DNA of 64,000 bases from an uncultured delta proteobacterium (GTDB lineage Bacteria > Myxococcota > B64-G9): the NCBI GenBank assembly GCA_963754925.1, contig CAVWHX010000001.1, positions 64,001 through 128,000 of the forward strand. The letters run 5' to 3'. Positions within the stretch are counted from its first letter, which is position 1; the number at the start of each line of letters is the position of its first letter. The notes beneath the pieces were generated by a model. The model saw only the letters and a program-made list of their open reading frames with translations. It made no database searches and had not been told where the DNA came from. Shown in pieces: positions 1 through 10,792 of this stretch. A program made the position numbers and the translations under genes.

Positions 1-1161
1 TATCGCCCGATGTTATGCCCGAAGCCCGCTGACATCGAGCGTGCGGTTGAGAAGATCAATGCCGCGAAAAAACCGGTCATTTTATCCGGGCACGGCGTGG
101 TTAAGGCCAACGCGAATGATCTATTGGTGAATTTCGCCGAACGTACCGGTATTCCGGTGGCGACAACGCTCCTCGGTATAGGAGGATTTCCTGCGTCCCA
201 TCCGTTGAACTTGGGTTTTATGGGCATGCATGGTGAAGCCTGGGCCAACCATGCAATTCAAGATTCCGACCTGCTCATCGCGCTCGGAACACGTTTTACG
301 GACCGCATCACCGGCAATCTTCGAACCTATGCCGTCAATGCGTACAAGATTCATGTCGATATCGATCCATCCGAGATAAACAAAAACGTCAAGGTCGATT
401 TGGCGCTTATCGGCGATGTGCGTAAAACGCTCAATCTGATTCTACCCGGGATAACGACGTGCGATCGTTCCGATTGGATCGAACACATCAATAAGATCAA
501 ACGTGAAGCTTTGGTCCATGACGTTCATCAGTTGCCCCACAATGGGCGGCTCTTTGCCGCAAACGTGATTCACGATATCTGGCGTATTACGCAGGGCAAG
601 GCTTTGGTCGTGAGCGACGTTGGGCAGAACCAAATGTGGGAGGCTCAGTACTATAAGCACGATATTATTCACAAACATATCTCATCGGGCGGTATGGGAA
701 CGATGGGCTTTGGGTTGCCCGCGTCGGTAGGCGCTCGATTGGCACGGCCTGACGACGAGATCTGGGTTATCGTCGGCGACGGCGGGTTCCAGATGACCGC
801 CTGCGAACTGACGACGCTCGCCCAGGACTCATTAAAGGTCAATGTGGCGATCATCAACAATGGCTACCTCGGCATGGTGCGACAGTGGCAGGAGTTCTTC
901 TACGAAGGCCGCTATTCGTGCACACCGATCAAGAGCCCGGATTTTGTGAAGTTGGCGGAAGCGCACGGTCATCTCGGGTTACGCGTCACCAAGCCCGAGG
1001 AAGTCGAGGAAGCCGTGGTCACGGCACGGAAGGCCCCCGGGACCGTGGTGATCGACTTCAGGGTTGAGCAGGAAGACTGCGTCTACCCATTGGTTCCGGC
1101 CGGGGCCGACCTGCGCGAAATGATCTGCCGGCCAAAGCCGTCTTGTCAGGACTTGGAATGA
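1..1161 (+). CDS. ilvB: Acetolactate synthase large subunit (5' end outside window)
   Basis: TPP motif GDGGFQM...NNGYLGMVRQWQ, GMHG and SGGMGTMGFGLP motifs; upstream of small subunit. Confidence 0.95.
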   Translation, partial: YRPMLCPKPADIERAVEKINAAKKPVILSGHGVVKANANDLLVNFAERTGIPVATTLLGIGGFPASHPLNLGFMGMHGEAWANHAIQDSDLLIALGTRFTDRITGNLRTYAVNAYKIHVDIDPSEINKNVKVDLALIGDVRKTLNLILPGITTCDRSDWIEHINKIKREALVHDVHQLPHNGRLFAANVIHDIWRITQGKALVVSDVGQNQMWEAQYYKHDIIHKHISSGGMGTMGFGLPASVGARLARPDDEIWVIVGDGGFQMTACELTTLAQDSLKVNVAIINNGYLGMVRQWQEFFYEGRYSCTPIKSPDFVKLAEAHGHLGLRVTKPEEVEEAVVTARKAPGTVVIDFRVEQEDCVYPLVPAGADLREMICRPKPSCQDLE

Positions 1162-1170
1162 GAGGATCCT

Positions 1171-1716
1171 ATGAGCAAGCCGCGAATGCGAACATTCATT
1201 GCCTACGTTGAGGATCGCCCGGGCGTCCTCAACCGTGTTGCGTCATTATTTCGGCGGCGTGGCTTCAATATCGATTCGCTGACGGTCGGCCGCACGCATA
1301 TGCCGGGGATCTCCCGCATGACGGTGATGATCGATGCGGATTCGGATACCGCCCGGCGCATTGAGGCGAATCTGTACAAGATCGTCAACGTTCTGTGGGT
1401 CGAGGATATTACCGAGGTTGAGATGGTCATGCGCGATCTCGTGCTGATCAAGGTGCGCGCCACCATGGAGCAGCGACCGCACGTTCTCCAGCTGTGCGAC
1501 GTGTTCCGCGCCAAGGTGGTGGACATCGGCATCGACGCGATGATCATCGAAAGCACCGGGACCCAAGACAAACTCGACAGCCTGCTCGAGGTGCTGCAAC
1601 CGTTTGAGGTGCTCGAGATGGTTCGCAGCGGCGCCATCGCCATGACGCGGGGTGCGCGTCCAGCACCGATTTTTGATCGCGGCAACCTTCGCCCCGGCGA
1701 AGAAGCGGTCGCCTGA
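1171..1716 (+). CDS. ilvN: Acetolactate synthase small regulatory subunit
   Basis: ACT motif [27 protein letters not shown]; follows ilvB. Confidence 0.95.
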   Translation: MSKPRMRTFIAYVEDRPGVLNRVASLFRRRGFNIDSLTVGRTHMPGISRMTVMIDADSDTARRIEANLYKIVNVLWVEDITEVEMVMRDLVLIKVRATMEQRPHVLQLCDVFRAKVVDIGIDAMIIESTGTQDKLDSLLEVLQPFEVLEMVRSGAIAMTRGARPAPIFDRGNLRPGEEAVA

Positions 1717-1751
1717 CGGGGAGTATCCTGCCGGGGAGAAGGACCACTACC

Positions 1752-3365
<1,614 letters not shown>

Positions 3366-3369
3366 GCAG

Positions 3370-5028
3370 ATGAATCCCAATAGCTTGCCTGAGCCAGCCG
3401 ATTCGCGGTCGATACGCATCCTTGACACCACGCTGCGAGATGGCACGCAGGGGGAGGGGATCTCGCTCTCGTGTACCGATAAATTACGCATCGCCCGTCG
3501 TTTGGACGCGTTTGGCGTCGCTTTCATCGAAGGCGGTTGGCCGGGATCGAATCCAAAAGACGTGGAGTTTTTTCGCCGTGCCGAAGAGCTCACCTGGGAA
3601 AACGCCACCATTGTCGCTTTTGGCGCCACCCGCCGAGCGGACAGCACCGTCGCGGAGGACCCAGGCCTCAGAGCGCTGATCGACGCCAAAGTCAAGGTCT
3701 GTGTCATTTTCGGCAAAAGCCATCCACTGCACGTGACCGAGGTATTGCGCACCACCAAGGACGAGAATCTGCGGATGATAGAAGAGAGCGTGGCGTTCCT
3801 GCGCGGTCAGGGGCGGCGTGTGATCTTTGACGCAGAGCACTTTTTCGACGGCTTCCGCGCCGATGAGGCCTATGCGCTTGAAACCCTCCGGGCGGCCGGA
3901 CGCGGCGGCGCCGAAGTGCTCGTGCTGTGCGATACCAACGGGGGGTCGTTGCCGTGGCGTGTCGAAGCGGCGGTGGGCACGGTTCGGCAAGCGATTGATA
4001 AACCGCTTGGCATCCACGCCCACAACGATATCGGCTGCGCGGTGGCCAACGCGTTGTCGGCGGTGCACGCCGGCGCCCGCCACGTGCAGGGAACCATCAA
4101 CGGCTACGGCGAGCGCTGCGGCAACACCAACCTGTGCACCGTCATTCCCACCCTTGAGCACAAGTTCGGACTTCGCTGCGTGCCGGCCGAAGAGCTGCAG
4201 GATCTCTACGACTTGTCCCGGTTTGTGTCCGAGGTGGCGAACATCGCCCCGGATGAACAGCAGCCCTATGTCGGCCGCAGCGCCTTCGCCCATAAAGCCG
4301 GCGTGCATGTCGCCGCGCTGCAACACCACCCGGATTCCTATCAACATATCGACCCGGCCACGGTGGGCAATAACGCCCGCGTGATCGTGAGCGAATTGTC
4401 CGGCAAAAGCAACCTGCTCAGCAAAGCCAAAGAGCTTGGTCTTGACGTTGAGAGCGGAGCCGAGTTGGAGGTGCTCGAACGCATCAAGGAAGACGAATGG
4501 CGCGGCTCGTCGTACGAGGCCGCCGAGGCCTCGGTGGCCTTGATGCTGCACCGTAAAACGCCGGGCTACCAACCGCCGTTCGAATTACTCGACTATAAGG
4601 TCATGGTCGGGCAACGGGTGGGTCAAGAGACCTTTTCCGAGGCGACCATCAAGATCGCGGTCGGCGATAACATCCTCCATACGGCGGCCGAGGGAAACGG
4701 GCCGGTGAACGCGCTCGATCAGGCGCTGCGCAAGGCGCTGGCGCCGGTGTATCCGATGGTCATGAGAATTCAATTGGTCGACTACAAAGTGCGCATCCTC
4801 GACAGCAAGGAGGGGACGGGCGCCACCACGCGCGTGCTGGTCGACAGCCGCGACGGCGAGCGCGAGTGGAGCACGGTCGGCGCCTCGACCAACATCATCG
4901 AGGCCTCCTGGCGAGCCTTGGCGGACAGCATTGAGTACGGAATAGTGAGCTCCGCCGACGAGGAGCAGTACAAAAAGATAAATACATCCGATCCAAATAA
5001 AACAAAGCATTCCAAATTAAAATCGTAA
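3370..5028 (+). CDS. cimA: Citramalate synthase
   Basis: DTTLRDGTQGEG, IEGGWPGSNPKD, DAEHFFDG, GYGERCGN characteristic of bacterial CimA. Confidence 0.9.
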   Translation: MNPNSLPEPADSRSIRILDTTLRDGTQGEGISLSCTDKLRIARRLDAFGVAFIEGGWPGSNPKDVEFFRRAEELTWENATIVAFGATRRADSTVAEDPGLRALIDAKVKVCVIFGKSHPLHVTEVLRTTKDENLRMIEESVAFLRGQGRRVIFDAEHFFDGFRADEAYALETLRAAGRGGAEVLVLCDTNGGSLPWRVEAAVGTVRQAIDKPLGIHAHNDIGCAVANALSAVHAGARHVQGTINGYGERCGNTNLCTVIPTLEHKFGLRCVPAEELQDLYDLSRFVSEVANIAPDEQQPYVGRSAFAHKAGVHVAALQHHPDSYQHIDPATVGNNARVIVSELSGKSNLLSKAKELGLDVESGAELEVLERIKEDEWRGSSYEAAEASVALMLHRKTPGYQPPFELLDYKVMVGQRVGQETFSEATIKIAVGDNILHTAAEGNGPVNALDQALRKALAPVYPMVMRIQLVDYKVRILDSKEGTGATTRVLVDSRDGEREWSTVGASTNIIEASWRALADSIEYGIVSSADEEQYKKINTSDPNKTKHSKLKS

Positions 5029-5064
5029 TTTCATCAACACGCTTATTTCGATTCGGCGGGGACT

Positions 5065-5409
5065 ATGGCGACCATACTTAAAACAACGGCACTCCTTGTC
5101 TGCTCCAATGTTTTCATGACGTTTGCATGGTATGCGCATTTAAAAAACCTGATATCAAAACCATGGTATATCGCGGCATTGATAAGCTGGGGCATCGCAT
5201 TCTTTGAGTATATGTTGCAGGTGCCGGCCAATAGGATCGGTTTTCAAGGCAACATTTCATTGTCTCAATTAAAAATTTTACAAGAGGTTATTACCCTATC
5301 GGTTTTTATTCCTTTTTCAATTCTGTACATGCATGAGGGTTTTCGGCTGAATTATCTATGGGCCGGATTGTGCTTGATCGGAGCCGTGTATTTCATATTT
5401 AAAGTATAA
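5065..5409 (+). CDS. DMT family small membrane protein (DUF486-like)
   Basis: SNVFMTFAWYAHLK...SWGIAFFEY..QVPANRIG..QLKILQEVITL. Confidence 0.85.
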   Translation: MATILKTTALLVCSNVFMTFAWYAHLKNLISKPWYIAALISWGIAFFEYMLQVPANRIGFQGNISLSQLKILQEVITLSVFIPFSILYMHEGFRLNYLWAGLCLIGAVYFIFKV

Positions 5410-5447
5410 CACGAACCTCACCAATCAATACCCACGGTGAATCGACC

Positions 5448-5675
5448 ATGTCCAAGGCGCGTATGGAAGCTTTCAGCGATGGGGTGATCGCCATCATCAT
5501 CACCGTCATGGTGCTCGAGCTCAGAACGCCCCTACACTCCGATATTTCAGCCCTGCTTCCCATGATTCCGGTGTTTTTGAGTTACGTACTGAGTTTTGTA
5601 TTTCTCGGCATCTATTGGAACAATCATCATCATATGCTGCAAGCCATCAAGCAGGTGGATGGGCGAGCGTCGTAA
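5448..5675 (+). pseudogene. Truncated TMEM175/DUF1211 potassium-channel family gene (N-terminal 75 aa only)
   Basis: RMEAFSDGVIAIIITVMVLE and IYWNNHHH motifs; early stop with no continuation seen. Confidence 0.8.
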
Positions 5676-5755
5676 GGCTCATTCGCCATGACTATGGTTG
5701 AATTGATCTTGCCTGTTGGCGCACCCGATGGTAGAAGTGGCCTAGATCGACGGAG

Positions 5756-6586
5756 GTGATACTCATGCAATATGTTTTTGATCCCGAGGTCATTCACGAA
5801 TGCGCGTTGAAAGGGTTGGGAAAGCCCAAGCCCGACATGTTCGAAGCCATCGCCGATGCCTTTGACGACAAGTACCCGGGCCATATCGATTTGAGCCAAC
5901 CGTGGATCTACAGCATCGCCGGCGGGGCGATGATCCAAATGAAGCTCTACTTCGCCTCGATCTTCGAGTACCTCATGATCTGGGGCACGCCGATCGGTTC
6001 GGAAGGCCACTCCGGACGCCATAAGGTCGGCTTCTGGGACACGGTGATAGACGGCGAAACCTGGTACTACGCCGAGGGACAGTTTGAGAAACGCATCTAT
6101 AAACCCGGTGATCGCATTTACGTTGGTCCGGGCCAGGCACGCGGGATGAATTTTACGGACGGCGTCTGGGCGGTCGAGTACGCCCGCGGACCGTTGCCGC
6201 TCTCGATGCCGTTCGGGCTGGCCGACGAATTTCTCTCCACTTTGGACTTCGCCACCGCCGGCCAGACGCTTGGCATTTACATGGATCTCATCGCCAGACA
6301 CTGGCGCAATAAAGACGCTCCCGGCGACTCCGCAATAAAGGCCATCAAAAAGATGGCAGGGAAAATACCCGGCTACCTCGGGCCGCTGCTTACCTCGCTG
6401 TGTACGCCGGCGCCGCCCAACGATGAGATACCAAGCGGCAAGGAGCCTACGGCCGAACCGCCTACTCCTGTTGCGGCTTCGGGTAAATCGAGCGCGCCCC
6501 GGAAGCGGCGAGCTCGATCAAGAACCGGCGGGGCAACCGGCGTTGGGTCAGACCGGACGCCCACGTATTTGTCAAGCCCGGAATAA
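5756..6586 (+). CDS. ERG2/sigma-1 receptor family protein (sterol C-8 isomerase-like); ATG alternative at 5765
   Basis: YVFDPE, AGGAM, ASIFEYLMIWGTPIGSEGHSGRH, WAVEYARG, PFGLAD..STLD motifs. Confidence 0.85.
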   Translation: MILMQYVFDPEVIHECALKGLGKPKPDMFEAIADAFDDKYPGHIDLSQPWIYSIAGGAMIQMKLYFASIFEYLMIWGTPIGSEGHSGRHKVGFWDTVIDGETWYYAEGQFEKRIYKPGDRIYVGPGQARGMNFTDGVWAVEYARGPLPLSMPFGLADEFLSTLDFATAGQTLGIYMDLIARHWRNKDAPGDSAIKAIKKMAGKIPGYLGPLLTSLCTPAPPNDEIPSGKEPTAEPPTPVAASGKSSAPRKRRARSRTGGATGVGSDRTPTYLSSPE

Positions 6587-6606
6587 TCGCCAGCCTTTTG
6601 CTAAGA
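6461..6606 (-). repeat. Degenerate direct copy of the 3' end of the SDR gene (7580-7719)
   Basis: ggcgagctcgatcaagaaccggcggggcaac..cccggaataa matches ggcgagctcgatcaacaaccggcgcggcaac..cccggaataa. Confidence 0.8.
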
Positions 6607-6619
6607 TCTTCGATAGCTA

Positions 6620-7486
6620 CTAGCGATGCCCGCCGCGGTAGTGCGCGGGCCGGTCACCCTCCCACTTCTCGCTCCAGCCGTGTCCGTACCAGGCGAAATT
6701 CTTCCCGCCACCGTCGATAAAATACGGCATTGGCCCGAAACCCCAAAGCCACGGAGCTTCAACCCAGGTCCAGCCAGCCTTGGCATAGTAAACGTACATG
6801 TACGGATCGCCATTCTCGTAATCCGGCGTGAACGTGTAAGCAGCGCCATAGGACATCCACACCCAACCATACTGTTGGGTATACGCCCACTCTCCGTCAG
6901 GAACCGAGGTGTGCTCAGCCTGTGGTTGCGGGGCCGGAGGGGTGGAGGGCGTAGCTGGAGGAGGCGGTGGTGAAACGTCCGGTTGGGGTGTTGACGGCGG
7001 TGAAGATGGTGGCATGGGTGGTGCAGCATTCGGCTGTGTCGCGAAACTGGCAAGTGGAAATAGCCCGCGCGGGGTGAAGGCAACTGACTGACCCGGTTGG
7101 AACGGCGGATAGCCTCGGTACCTAAAAATACGCACCACGCCGTCGTCAAAGCGGACCGCCATATCGTAGTAGCTAATCTCGCCGCCTCCCGCACTCGCAC
7201 CGGCGCCAACCATGGCGCCGCCCGCCGCCCCAAACAGCACCCCAAATCCACGGCCGGTAATCATGCCGCCCAGAAGGCCGCCCACAACTGCTCCTGCCGC
7301 AGCTCCAGCCGCCGGATTGCCTTCAGTACGTCGAACCGTTTCTCGAATCCATTCGACGCGGCCCTGTCGCTCACCCTCGGGTATGGGGGAGCCCGCGGTC
7401 CACGTCGTTCTGGTCTCGCTGGTTGAATAGCAGGCCGGAACCAGTAAGACCGATGCTAAAAGTAAGGCCGTGAATTTATTGCGCAT
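6620..7486 (-). CDS. Glycine-zipper lipoprotein with Pro-rich linker and Trp/Tyr-rich C-terminal domain
   Basis: MRNKFTALLLASVLLVPAC lipobox; GAAAGAVVGGLLGG..GAAGGAMVG glycine zipper; YGWVW motif. Confidence 0.75.
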   Translation of the reverse strand: MRNKFTALLLASVLLVPACYSTSETRTTWTAGSPIPEGERQGRVEWIRETVRRTEGNPAAGAAAGAVVGGLLGGMITGRGFGVLFGAAGGAMVGAGASAGGGEISYYDMAVRFDDGVVRIFRYRGYPPFQPGQSVAFTPRGLFPLASFATQPNAAPPMPPSSPPSTPQPDVSPPPPPATPSTPPAPQPQAEHTSVPDGEWAYTQQYGWVWMSYGAAYTFTPDYENGDPYMYVYYAKAGWTWVEAPWLWGFGPMPYFIDGGGKNFAWYGHGWSEKWEGDRPAHYRGGHR

Positions 7487-7580
7487 TATAGATACCTCAC
7501 TGACTGTGGGAGAAACCCGCCAATTGCGAAACAATGTAGGTTCGCCGGCCGTGTTGTCAAGCGCTGGAGCCCTATCCAAC

Positions 7581-8399
7581 CTATTCTGACTTCGAGTAAA
7601 TTGTGCGCGTCCCGGAGGCGGCGAGCTCGATCAACAACCGGCGCGGCAACAAGCGTTGGGTTAGAAACGCCACCAACGTATTCGCCAGCCCCGGAATAAC
7701 CACCGGCTTTTTGCCGAGAGCCGATAGAGTCTCGGCAACCACCCGATCGGGCTCCATAATGGGAAGCCCACGCGGGCCGGTCCGTGTTAGGTCTTCTTTG
7801 AGAAACGTCGGCGTACGAACAAGACCGGAACAACAGGTTAGTACATCCACACCATGCGGCCTTAATTCTGCCCAGAGGCCTTCTCCTAAGATCCGCAGGT
7901 ATGCCTTGGATGCTGCGTAATGGGTGACCCCCGCCGTGCCCTGCAGGCCGGCCATGGATGAAACCAGAATAATGCCGCCGGATCCCCGCTCGACCATGCG
8001 TTGACCGAAGGCATGCACCAGGGAAAAGGCCGATCGGCAGTTGAGATTCAAAAGATTTAAATGTTGTTGAAGAGTCTGGTCGAGAAAGTTGCCGATGGGT
8101 GCCAGGGCGGCGTTGCACACCAGTAGTCCGACATCTTTTGGGGAGCAACTGCGAATCAGAGAGAAGAGCGCTTCTCCGTTGGTTAGGTCATAGACCAGCG
8201 ACTCGACCTGGACATGGTATTTTTGGATGAGCTTCTGAGCAAACGCCGTGAGAATCTCCTGACGGCGGGCGATCAGGATCAGGTTGAGCCCTCGGCTCGC
8301 CAATGCCTCGGCGAACGAAGCGCCCAAACCTTCCGAACCCCCGGCAATCAGCGCCCACGGACCATAGCGACGACGGAATGACTCGTATAATGTGTGCAT
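7581..8399 (-). CDS. SDR family oxidoreductase (17beta-HSD/ketoacyl-reductase-like)
   Basis: YGPWALIAGGSEGLG Rossmann motif; catalytic YAASK. Confidence 0.9.
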   Translation of the reverse strand: MHTLYESFRRRYGPWALIAGGSEGLGASFAEALASRGLNLILIARRQEILTAFAQKLIQKYHVQVESLVYDLTNGEALFSLIRSCSPKDVGLLVCNAALAPIGNFLDQTLQQHLNLLNLNCRSAFSLVHAFGQRMVERGSGGIILVSSMAGLQGTAGVTHYAASKAYLRILGEGLWAELRPHGVDVLTCCSGLVRTPTFLKEDLTRTGPRGLPIMEPDRVVAETLSALGKKPVVIPGLANTLVAFLTQRLLPRRLLIELAASGTRTIYSKSE

Positions 8400-8418
8400 C
8401 TGCTGCCTCGTTCAATAG

Positions 8419-8503
8419 GTAGGGTGGGTGAAGCGTAGCGCAACCCACCGAAAATTGCGATACGTTACCGTAGTAGGGTGGCTAATGTGAAGCGCAACCC
8501 ACC
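8419..8503. repeat. Two REP-like palindromes (gtagggtgg...aacccacc)
   Basis: GTAG-started imperfect hairpins at 8419-8449 and 8473-8503. Confidence 0.7.
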
Positions 8504-8529
8504 AAACATAGTGATGGGTTTCAGCAGGC

Positions 8530-8567
8530 AAAAAAAACGATACGCACGTTCGACCACGTGCGTATCG
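8530..8567 (-). terminator. Intrinsic terminator of the minus-strand ncRNA unit
   Basis: 12-bp stem cgatacgcacgt/acgtgcgtatcg followed by T8 on the minus strand. Confidence 0.85.
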
Positions 8568-8576
8568 CGCCTAATA

Positions 8577-8831
8577 CCGAGAGATTATGCATTCCAAAAA
8601 CCCTTTACCGAACATTTCCGACTGTAGTGACGTCATCCACCACACCAGCCGGATTCATATGGTCAAATCCTGCAATGTCCGAGGGAGAATCGAATTCGGC
8701 ATTAATCTGCATTCTGTGATGATGACACATGGTGCAGTTAGCCCCACCATTGTTTCCGGGGCAGCCAATTCTTTGCCCTCAACTTCCCTACCAAGCAAAT
8801 ACTCATTCGTTTGAATGCACAGTGCTCTCGG
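8577..8831 (-). ncRNA. Putative structured ncRNA (~255 nt), family not recognised
   Basis: Complementary ends (ccgagag..tgcattc / gaatgca..ctctcgg), several internal helices, own promoter, boxA-like element and terminator; no credible ORF. Confidence 0.6.
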
Positions 8832-8920
8832 TTGTCAAAGAACCTAAAACTACTTTTACCTCTGAGTTAAACTTTAACTCTTAATTTTTGTTTGTAAAGT
8901 CCTTATTTTAAAAAAGTTTT
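8832..8920 (-). promoter_or_regulatory. Sigma70-like promoter (TTTACA-16-TAAAGT, AT-rich UP region), 17-bp palindrome (8864-8880) and boxA-like GTTCTTTGACAA (8832-8843)
   Basis: Read directly on the minus strand; gagttaaa-c-tttaactc overlaps the -10. Confidence 0.55.
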
Positions 8921-9052
8921 TGGATACCTTCCTGGGAGCAGTTTCCGTATATACATGAACAGTAATTGGCACTTCGGGTGGCTTTCTGTTTGCGAAAACG
9001 TTTGACCCTACCCAGGACGTTCTGCTATCGGGAACAGATTGGAGCGCAATCA

Positions 9053-9526
9053 ATGCTCACAATCTACATCGATGGCGACGCCTGTCCGGTAAAGCAGGAG
9101 ACCTTCCGCGTGGCCAAGCGCTACGACCTGGAGGTTTTCGTGGTGGTCAATCGTCCCATGCAGCTCCCGACCGCGGACCAGGTCCGCCTGGTGGTCGTGC
9201 CCGGGGGCTTCGACGCCGCCGACGACTGGATCGCCGGGCATGCCGGGTTCGGTGATATCGTGATTACGGCGGACATCCCGCTGGCCGGCCGCTGCCTCAA
9301 AGTCGGCGCCTACGTGCTGGGGCCCAAGGGGCGCGAGTTCACCGAGGACGGGATCGGCGAGGCGCTGGCCACACGAACCGTCATGGACCTGCACCGTCAG
9401 CTTGGTGAGCTCACCGGCGGGCCGGCCGCCATGGACGACCGAAGTCGCTCCCGGTTCCTCTCCAAGCTGGATGAGCTGGTGAACAGGATACGAAAAGATC
9501 AAAAGGATTCCCCGACGCGGACGTGA
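9053..9526 (+). CDS. YaiI/YqxD (DUF188) family protein
   Basis: IYIDGDACPVK, DAADDWI, DIVITADIPLA. Confidence 0.92.
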   Translation: MLTIYIDGDACPVKQETFRVAKRYDLEVFVVVNRPMQLPTADQVRLVVVPGGFDAADDWIAGHAGFGDIVITADIPLAGRCLKVGAYVLGPKGREFTEDGIGEALATRTVMDLHRQLGELTGGPAAMDDRSRSRFLSKLDELVNRIRKDQKDSPTRT

Positions 9527-9530
9527 CCCA

Positions 9531-10676
9531 TCATACCTGTCTTTTTACCTGAAAAGGATCCGGAATCGGGGATCGGTCGCGATGTTTCTCAGCGAGCTTT
9601 GTTAAGTTCGACGAAGCCAGGTACTGTCGACCGCGTTTGTCTCCGACAATGGTTAGCAACCCGGCATCGGCCAAGGCCTTTAAATCTCTACTGGCGACGA
9701 GCATGGAAACATCGGCATCATACCGATAGGCACTATTGCGGAGTCGATCGCCAAGCGAGGCATTGACCAACGAGGGCGCAGCGCGTTCAGGAAGCCCTTG
9801 CTTTTTCAATTCTTCCTCAATCTCCTCGCCAATTGCAGACACGGTATTCAAACGCCTCTCCGCGCTCTTAGCCTGCCGATAATGCGCCGTAAGACAAAAT
9901 CGAACCCATGGTTTTGCGTCCCGTTTTGGATTCCATGTTCCTTTGCCCACTTTTGCGAGAACATCATAATAGGCAAGTGTATTTCGACCGAGATACTCTT
10001 CGATGCTTGAGAAGGTCGGATCTAAGATTCCACCGCGCGCCAACACTAACGTTTGTAAACATCGAGCCATGCGCCCATTGCCGTCTGAAAAAGGGTGGAT
10101 CATAACCAAATTGAGGTGAGCTAATGCTGCTTGTATTAGAAGCAGTGAAGAGTCTTTTCCTTCCTGGTTTAATGAGATAACAAGTTCACCCACGAGACCG
10201 GTAACGTCTTCAGGTGAGGGGCCGGAATACAACGTTTCCCCGGTGGCTGAATTTCTAACGAATATCTCACCGTGGCGCCATGTTCCTGGATTTGATCGGG
10301 GGTCGTGCCTCAACATGATGAAGTGAAGGCTGCGTAAAAGATCTTTGCTATACGAGAAGTCCGGCGCGTCAGACAGTCGAAGAACGTAATCCATGGCTTC
10401 TCGATAATGAACCACATTGATCCAAGATATCTCGTCTGATTCAAGAGGGCTGTCGCCTTCGACTGCCGCTAGGGCATCTTCACGGCTTACCGTGTAGCCT
10501 TCAATGCTGTTCGATCCCTGAATAGCTCGGGCTCGCAGGTTTCTGGCAAGTAGTCCCGTCCACTTTCGCGGTCGAGCCTGCAAATTATGTCGTAACTCGC
10601 GCCAGAGTTGGCGAATACGATCGAGGACTGAATGCTCTTCACGACCGATATTTGGTATGCGAAACAGCATGGTCAA
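9531..10676 (-). CDS. Fic family protein with C-terminal HTH
   Basis: HPFSDGNGRMAR Fic motif; SNSIEG; aattatataatt palindromes upstream. Confidence 0.92.
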   Translation of the reverse strand: MTMLFRIPNIGREEHSVLDRIRQLWRELRHNLQARPRKWTGLLARNLRARAIQGSNSIEGYTVSREDALAAVEGDSPLESDEISWINVVHYREAMDYVLRLSDAPDFSYSKDLLRSLHFIMLRHDPRSNPGTWRHGEIFVRNSATGETLYSGPSPEDVTGLVGELVISLNQEGKDSSLLLIQAALAHLNLVMIHPFSDGNGRMARCLQTLVLARGGILDPTFSSIEEYLGRNTLAYYDVLAKVGKGTWNPKRDAKPWVRFCLTAHYRQAKSAERRLNTVSAIGEEIEEELKKQGLPERAAPSLVNASLGDRLRNSAYRYDADVSMLVASRDLKALADAGLLTIVGDKRGRQYLASSNLTKLAEKHRDRSPIPDPFQVKRQV

Positions 10677-10792
10677 TTATATAATTACAAAACGACTTAA
10701 AGTCAATAAATAATTATCAAACAGTTGTATAGTAATTATATAATATCTATGAATGAACTTATTAACAATGAGTTAGGCTACGTGCAATCCGT

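Noticed and set aside
8587..8814. 75-aa plus-strand ORF
   Set aside because: No motif or RBS; antisense to the promoter-terminator unit.
8577..8831. Retron msr-msd, DGR template or rRNA fragment
   Set aside because: No reverse transcriptase in the window and no recognisable rRNA sequence despite the boxA-like motif.
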